Of a stretch of DNA of 64,000 nt, positions 57,399 through 64,000 are shown piece by piece. Location: the NCBI GenBank assembly GCA_025558095.1, contig JAIVFI010000011.1, forward strand, positions 310,001-374,000, given 5' to 3'. Made by a program: the position numbers and the translations under genes. This DNA comes from Hyaloraphidium curvatum SAG 235-1 (taxonomy: Eukaryota; Fungi; Monoblepharomycota). Position 1 is the first letter of the stretch. Each line of letters starts with the position of its first letter. The notes beneath the pieces are model-generated. The model had not been told where the DNA came from, made no database searches, and saw nothing but the letters and a program-made list of their open reading frames with translations.

Positions 57399-59007
57399 AT
57401 GCTCTCCCGCACGGTGCGCCCGCTGTGTGCCGCGGCTGCCTCGGCTCTGCCGGCGATTGCCTGCGCGCCGCGGCCGGCTGCCGGGCGGCCCCGCGGTGTG
57501 CGCCGCGTCCACTCGACGCCGCCCGCGCCCGCCGCCGCCGCCCCCGCCGCGGTCGAGGAGAAGGCCGACAAGTCGTCGTTCTCGGCCGTCGGCGCCGCGC
57601 GCCACAACTACGTGACGCCCACGCCGGCCGACCACTCGGACATTCGCGAGGCCGTGCGCGCGCTGTGCGCAAACTTCCCCGGCGCGTACTGGCGGGAGAC
57701 GGACCGGCTGCGGGCCTACCCGACCGAGTTCGTCAAGGCGCTCACCGATGCCGGCTGGCTGGCGTGCCTCATTCCAGAGGAGTACGGGGGCTCGGGCCTT
57801 GGGATCGGCGCCGCCGCCGTGCTGATGGAGGAGATCCAGCGTTCCGGCTGCAACGGCAGCGCCGCCCACGCCCAGGTGGGCAGATTGCCGTCGCTGCCTT
57901 GGGGGCAGCACCTCACGTTCGAACTGCTACCCGCAGCTCTACATCATGGGCACGATCCTCCGTTCCGGGAACGCTGAGCAGAAGCAAAAGTACCTGCCCA
58001 AGATCGCCACGGGCGAGCTCCGCTTGCAGGCGTTCGGCGTTACGGAACCCACCGCCGGTACCGACACCACCTCGATTCGCACCACCGCTGTCCGCGACCC
58101 CGCGACGGGCGACTACGTCGTCAACGGCCAGAAGATCTGGACCTCGCGCGCGGAACACTCGGACCTCATGCTGCTGCTGGCGCGGACGACGCCGATCGAG
58201 CAGCGGAAGAAAAAGACGGACGGTCTGAGCGTGTTCCTGGTGGACATGAAGAAGGCCCTGGCGTCGGGACAGCTTAGCATCCGGCCGATCCGCACCATGC
58301 TGAACCACTCGACGACGGAGATCTTCATCGAGAACCTGAGTGAGTTGTCCTCATGGCACCCTGTCCCCGCCTTCGCGTGACGCGGTGCCAGGGGTGCCCG
58401 CGGAGAACCTCATCGGCGAGGAGGGCAAGGGCTTCCGCTACATCCTCGACGGCATGAACGCCGAGCGCATCCTGATTGCGGCCGAGTGCATCGGCGACGC
58501 ACGCTACCTGCTCGACCGCTCCGTTTCCTACTCCAAGGAGCGCGTGGTGTTCGGCCGCCCGATCGGCGCCAACCAGGGCATCCAGTTCCCGATCGCGCAG
58601 TGCTTCGCCAAGACCGAGGCGGCGGCGCTCATGGTCCGCGACGCGGCCGAGATGTTCGAGGCAGGCAAGGAGATCGGTGCCAGGGCTAACATGGCCAAGA
58701 TGCTCGCCGCCGAAGCCAGCTGGATGTCGGCGGATGTCGCTGTCCAGACGCACGGAGGGTTCGGGTTCGCCGAGGTTGGTCTCTGCGTCGTGTCTACCAC
58801 CGTCCATGGCACTCATTCTTGGTGTAGGAATACGACATTGAGCGGAAGTTCAGGGAAACTCGGCTGTACAAGGTGGCGCCCATTTCGGACAACCTCATTC
58901 TCGCCTACATCGGCGAGCACGTCCTTGGGATGCCGAAATCGGTGAGCCAGTTCTGCTTTATTCCACAGCCATCTGTCTAAAACGCAATCATCAATTCACA
59001 GTACTAG
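57399..59007 (+). CDS. Acyl-CoA dehydrogenase with mitochondrial-type presequence, bacterial-like subfamily, multi-exon
   Basis: IPEEYGGSG, GVTEPTAGTDT, VNGQKIWTS, NAERILIAAECIG, VFGRPIGANQGIQFPIA, QTHGGFGFA, IERKFRETRL; ends GMPKSY after splicing. Confidence 0.92.
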
Positions 59008-59094
59008 ACACCCATGACAGAGAAGCGAATGTCTTGCGCCAAAGCAAATAGAGTAATTGTCATCATCCATCATCCGGTCCAGCGGCCATCTTCC

Positions 59095-61906
59095 TCACGA
59101 GCACCGCTCAAGCTTCTTTTGCCACGCCGACTCCACGATCTGCCTCAGTTCGTCGACCATGATGGGCTTGGTACAGAAGCCCTCCATCCCATGGAGTAAA
59201 CAACGCTCGCGATCCTTCTCCATTGCGTTGGCCGTGCAGGCGACTATTGTCCGGGGCTGGAGCTCCGTCGGGATGTTTTGGGGATCGCGCATTTGTCGAG
59301 CCTGATGTGGTGTCAACAGAGCTCGCTGCGAGCGCAGAGACAGCTCACCGAGCCGAATCCATCCAATAGCGGTAGCTGCAAGTCCATAAGGACGAGGTCG
59401 ACGACGCGATGATCGGGCCCTTGACCGAGGGTCCGCACTACGTCGACTGCCTCGACGCCGTCCCATGCCGCAAACACCTCCATGGGGATGGTCTTCCCGA
59501 TTCTAGCGAGGTACTTCATGAGCACCTTCATGTTGATGGAATTGTCTGGGGAAAACATCAGTAACACGCGCGACCGACGCCTCCAACGTACTTACCTTCG
59601 ACGGCCAGTATAAGGAGCTTCGAGTCATCGTGTACGTTCGACGCCTCCGTCGTGAGCAAATTCTGGCTCGCGGACCTTGGCAAGTCCGCCAAGGACAGGG
59701 ATGACATTCCGGCCACGATTGAGCCGCTCGGGAGCGACCCAGAGCCATCCATGGTAACGGCTGGCCAATGCGGTGCCGCCATCATAAAGTCGACGCTCCC
59801 ACCATTAAATCCAGCATCAGAGCCGAACAGGGTTCCGCTCGTGGTCGTAGCCGAGGCCTGCGTGTAGCTGCGCTCCGCAACAGGGCCAGGTTCCGCCTCA
59901 TGGGCGAGGCCCACCCGAGTGCCTGGGCTCCGGGGCAGAGAGCCCACCGAGCCCACCGAGACAAAACCATTCGGAGCGTGCGGGTCTGCAGGCGACCCGG
60001 CTGCCGACGACCGCATGCGAGGTAAGCTCTTCGTTGCAGGCAGTTCGGGGAAGTAGTCCGCGCTTGGCCGGTCGAGTACAATGTCCTGACTCGCGACAAT
60101 ACGCACAGGCACCTCGAGGAAGAAAGTCGATCCCTTGCCGAGCTCGCTTTCTGCCCAAACGTGACCGCCCATAACCTCCGTCAAGGTCTTGACGATTGAC
60201 AGCCCGAGCCCAGCTCCCTGGTGGATGCGGCTGCTCCCCTGGTCCGCTTGAGTGAATTTCTGGAACAGCTGGGGAAAGAAGTCCGGAGGGATCCCTTGCC
60301 CCGTGTCTGCGACGGTGAAACGGAGGACCACCGTCCGGTGGTGGCCATCCGGGGTTTCCACCCCCTGGGCCTCGGGCCGACGAACTGCTGCAACTGTCAG
60401 AGTCACAGAGCCGTGGTTCGTGAACTTGAAAGCGTTCGTGACCAAATTGATCAGGCACTGCTTGATCCGGCCCACGTCAGCACGCGCGAGCGACGGCAAT
60501 CGCACAAAGTCCCCCTCCTCCGCATCGAGAGCCGAAACAACCATCTCAACTCCCTTTTCGGCGCTGCGCAGCCGAAACATGCTCGCAAGCTTGGTCAAGA
60601 CCTCACGCGGATCAAACTGCTCCTCAACCAAGTCGATCTTTCCCGCCGAAACGCGCGAAAGCAGCAGCAGATCGGACACGATGCCGAGCAGCCCCGTTGA
60701 GCACTCCAAAATCTCAGCCAAAAGTTCGGTCTGCTCCTCCGTGAGCTTTGTGTCGTGAAGCAACGAGGAGCAGTTGCCAATGATGCCGTTCAATGGTGTC
60801 CGAAGCTCATGCGACACGTTCGCGACGACCTCGTCGCGGACCTTCAAGGCCCGCTCAAGGTCCCTCTCGACCTTCTTCAGGTCCGAGACGTCGAACACAA
60901 CGCCGAGAACGGAACCGTCCGCAAAGCCTCGCTGCCGCAACGTGGCCCACCGCATTTCCCCGGTGTCCGGCCGGATGAAGCGCACCAGCTCCTCCTTCAG
61001 GACGCTCCGCGAGTCGTCAGCCCCGCTCAGCCCGAAGTAGGCAAGTCCGGCCTTCGACCGCGCCTCGGCGGCGAGGACGTCATCTGAATGCATGAATCGA
61101 GCCCATCCGCGTCCAAGGCAATCGTTTGGTTCCACGCCGAGAAAGTCGCGTATGTGCTCCGATACGTACGTGGTGTCTCCGCGGGGATTCTGGGAGAAGA
61201 TCACGATCGGAGCCACCCGAACGAGTTCCGTGACAAAGGAAATGGCCGTTTCCTTTGCGTAGAGTGCCTTCTCGAGCTCCTTCGTCGTGGCAGAGAGCTG
61301 TGCCATCATCGTGTTGGTCTTGAGCGTCGCCGGAAAGATCGCGCTGTCTGGTCGGAGACAGTTACGGAACCCCAGTGAGCGTAAAGAGCGGCGAACACGT
61401 ACGAATAATGACTGTGAGGACGAAGCCGGTTATGAAGGGGAAGCCAGACCACTTGGCGGCAACATAGATGATACTGGAAACGAACGCGACTGAAGCGGGC
61501 ACAGGGCGAGTCAGCAACGGAAATTGGCGAGACGAATGCCAGCAGCCCCACATATCGAGCCCATCTGCAAGAGTGATAACCGAAGAACTGCAGCGTGGTC
61601 CACCTGAATGTCCTGGAGCTTGACACCGCGCTTCAGGGCACCCCGTTGGACGTCGGGCTCTGCCAGGCGTTCGAAGTCGTGCACGGCATCTGGCCAAGCA
61701 GGAGCGTGGGCTCCGAGGTCATCCGAGCCTCTTCGAACGACATCATTGTGGCCTGACGGGGTGACATCCCCGTTGGAGCCATGCAGGGAGCCCGGAGCGA
61801 ATCCAGGCGCTGCACTCGTCATGCCATGTTCCCAGCTCCCCCGCCGGCCGGCGGCCGGCCGAAGACGGGGCCCGTTTGAGGGCTCCGGTTCCGTTTCGGC
61901 GGCCAT
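59095..61906 (-). CDS. Hybrid sensor histidine kinase (TM - PAS - HisKA - HATPase - receiver), multi-exon
   Basis: H-box NVSHELRTPLNGIIG, NLVTNAFKFT, DTGQGI, GAGLGLSI; receiver VE|DNSIN, LMDLQLPLLDG, TANA...TKP; PAS-like GRGWARFMHSDD. Confidence 0.93.
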
Positions 61907-62164
61907 ATCAGCGCATGTGGTCTGGAGGCATCGCGGGGTCAGGAGGTTCGGTCTGCGCGCTGGTCACTCTGCGCGTCATCACGATCATCCTCCACTTCCC
62001 GGTGAGTCGCTTTCCGACTCATTGTGTCTTTGCTATATCGGCGAAGCTGTATTCGCATCAATCCTGGCATCGGCCTAGGATCGTATCCTCGGTTGCCGCG
62101 GAGGAAGCACTTGGACTTGCCTCCGGTTGGCCACCAAGGTCGGTCTGCTCTCGCAGAATCCCGA

Positions 62165-63319
62165 ATGGAAGCGATTCCGGTGGTTTTCCAAGCTTCCACG
62201 CCGGGAATTTTCCTGGCCTGCGAGTGCTACACGTTGGGCTCCGGTGCTGCTCGGGTCGGACGGATTCCGTCTTCGGGACGAGGCACGGGAGACGGGGAAC
62301 GCAAAGTCTCCGTTTTCTTCTCCCACGCCAACGGAGTCCCTAAGGAGACGTGGCGGCCGACCGTGAACCGCATGCTCCAGGACCTGATGACGCGATTGGG
62401 TCTCGCAGAGCTCGCCCGTTTGCGCCATTTCGTGTCGATCGACGTGCGAAACGAGGGAGACTCTCTCATCCTGAATAAGGCTGCGAATTCGGGCCTTTCG
62501 CCGTTCCCGGACGTGATTGTGTGGCAGGACCTGGCGGAGGACCTCCGCCAGCTGGTCCAGCTCCTGGCCCCGAACGACCTGGTCCTCGGAGTGGGGCATT
62601 CGCTCGGCGGCGGACTTTCCTGCATGGCCCAAATTCTCGCCCAGCCGCGTCGACTCTTTTCGCGGATGTACCTTGTGGAGCCGATTCTCTACCATGGCGG
62701 CCTGCTCGGCAGCCCGTTGTTCTCAGACCAGCTGGGAAAAAGCGCCCTAAGGCGTAAGAACGGGTGGCCAACACGCAAGGCGTGGGAGAGCTACGTTCAA
62801 AGCCGGCCATTCTACGCACGGTGGGCTCCCGACGCGCTTCAAGAGTACTTGGATGTCGGCGTCGTGGGCTTGGACAAGGACGGCGCGATATGCTGGAGCA
62901 CGGGACCGATCAAGGTTACCGAGCGAGGGGATCCCGTTCACGTGGCCGATGAATCGCGGATACAGTCCGTTGTGCTCAAAACGGAGCCGCGGGAGGAAGC
63001 AAGCGTGTTCATGGGCTCGGTATCCGAAACCCATTCGTTCTTCGAGCGCTTGGGCGAGATTGCGGGCATACCGGTGACGGTCGTCAGCGGCGCCAACTCG
63101 GACATCGTGCCGACCCCCATGCCCGGTGCGGAGGGGCAAATGCTGAATAAGGACGAGGCGATCGCATCGCGCCTCAAAGCCACGTGGAAGACCCTGCCGG
63201 GGGGGCACATGCTCGTGCATGAAGACAAGGACGGCATCGTCGGTGAGTTCGTCCGCGCGATCGGGCCGTCTGGCAAGGTTCCGCTGACCCGATTGCACAG
63301 CGACAGAACTTGTCCGTGA
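62165..63319 (+). CDS. Alpha/beta hydrolase (Lpx1/MpaH-like), paralogous to the 55980-57260 gene
   Basis: HANGVPKETW, DVRNEGDS, GVGHSLGG, VEPIL, GGHMLVHE. 5' end uncertain. Confidence 0.8.
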   Translation: MEAIPVVFQASTPGIFLACECYTLGSGAARVGRIPSSGRGTGDGERKVSVFFSHANGVPKETWRPTVNRMLQDLMTRLGLAELARLRHFVSIDVRNEGDSLILNKAANSGLSPFPDVIVWQDLAEDLRQLVQLLAPNDLVLGVGHSLGGGLSCMAQILAQPRRLFSRMYLVEPILYHGGLLGSPLFSDQLGKSALRRKNGWPTRKAWESYVQSRPFYARWAPDALQEYLDVGVVGLDKDGAICWSTGPIKVTERGDPVHVADESRIQSVVLKTEPREEASVFMGSVSETHSFFERLGEIAGIPVTVVSGANSDIVPTPMPGAEGQMLNKDEAIASRLKATWKTLPGGHMLVHEDKDGIVGEFVRAIGPSGKVPLTRLHSDRTCP

Positions 63320-63448
63320 GGTTCTCGCCCTCATTCAGGAGCTGCCCAGCGCGAGCTTGTGACCCATCGAATTCCCATGTCGAATGCGCACAATAGACGC
63401 CATACACGTGATGCAGGGATCCCGTCTGCAGAGCTTCCTTGGCCGGCC

Positions 63449-64000
63449 TCAGGGCTCCGCCTTTGCTTTGCTCCGCCTCGACTTCTTGCGGCCTCCAGAC
63501 CGCTTCGATCCGCCAACCAGCTGGCTCCCGAAGACTGCACCCGACAGCGTGCCAAAGATCATCGACCGCAGCGTGATCCCTTCGAGCGGCATGGAGGAGA
63601 GGACGCCGGCGTGCTCCATCGCGTCCTGGAAGCCGGCCTCGCGCATGACGCCGTCGGACAGCGACCCCACGGGCTGGCGAGCGGGGACGGCATCGCGTTA
63701 GGGCGCTCCCGCGGCGATGGCTGGCCGGCATGCCCACCTTGCCCGTCTTCTTGCCCACGACGGCGGGCAGGTAGCCCCACTTGCCCATCATGACGCGCGC
63801 CCAGCACTCGCCGAACGCGTAGCACACGCCCGACACGAAGGGGAACACGACAAAGTTCGCGGCGTAGATGTAGAATCGGGGATGCACGAGGAAGTTGGAG
63901 AGCAGGATCGGCTGCGACTGCGGCACCAGCACGCCGGCGGGCGGCGCGGCGGCGGCGTCGGCGGGCTTGCCGGACGCGACCGCGAGCTCATTCTCGGTCG
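63449..64000 (-). CDS. MIM1: Mitochondrial import protein Mim1/Tom13-like (5' end outside window)
   Basis: AANFVVFPFVSGVCYAFGECWA matches the Mim1 TM pattern (INLxLPFxNGxMLGFGExxA). Intron ~63736-63678, then a C-terminal exon to 63449. Confidence 0.6.

Noticed and set aside
61300-61620. Ethylene-binding domain in the histidine kinase N-terminus
   Set aside because: Hydrophobic segments are present, but the diagnostic D...Y..IP and C-x3-H copper-binding residues were not found.

Overview
Gene-dense, GC-rich eukaryotic DNA with short (mostly ~50-70 nt) GT-AG introns. The gene content (Mim1/Tom13, fungal-type Atg13 and Mic26/27, NudE, hybrid histidine kinase, and a probable Ska3) points by inference to an early-diverging fungus. 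I read about 27 gene models by eye; exon boundaries were inferred manually and all family calls are motif recognition, not database hits. From ~15.4 kb onward most genes are housekeeping or metabolic: CYT1, NudE, RasGEF, HDDC2, glutaminyl cyclase, FHA-forkhead, syntaxin, RPB4, MPP-beta, GCN20, ATG13, ABCB/MDR, MaoC hydratase, CNNM/MAM3, GatB, MIC26/27, two acyl-CoA dehydrogenases, two alpha/beta-hydrolases, a hybrid histidine kinase and MIM1. The first 15 kb looks accessory: an unknown acidic protein, two disrupted F-box-like genes bracketed by a diverged direct repeat, and a Ska3-like gene. It also holds the top candidate system, a ~1847-aa protein (9412-15066, minus strand) with the order IQ - RWD-like - MATH - TPR - CCCH zinc finger - RelE/ParE-like fold - UvrD/SF1 helicase, which resembles a fused sensor/nuclease defence or ribosome-surveillance protein. 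Other oddities are a MICOS subunit with a 67-aa tandem-repeat tail whose last copy alone carries an intron, a 13-exon micro-exon membrane gene, and a bacterial-looking acyl-CoA dehydrogenase. No rRNA, tRNA, CRISPR array or transposase was recognised.
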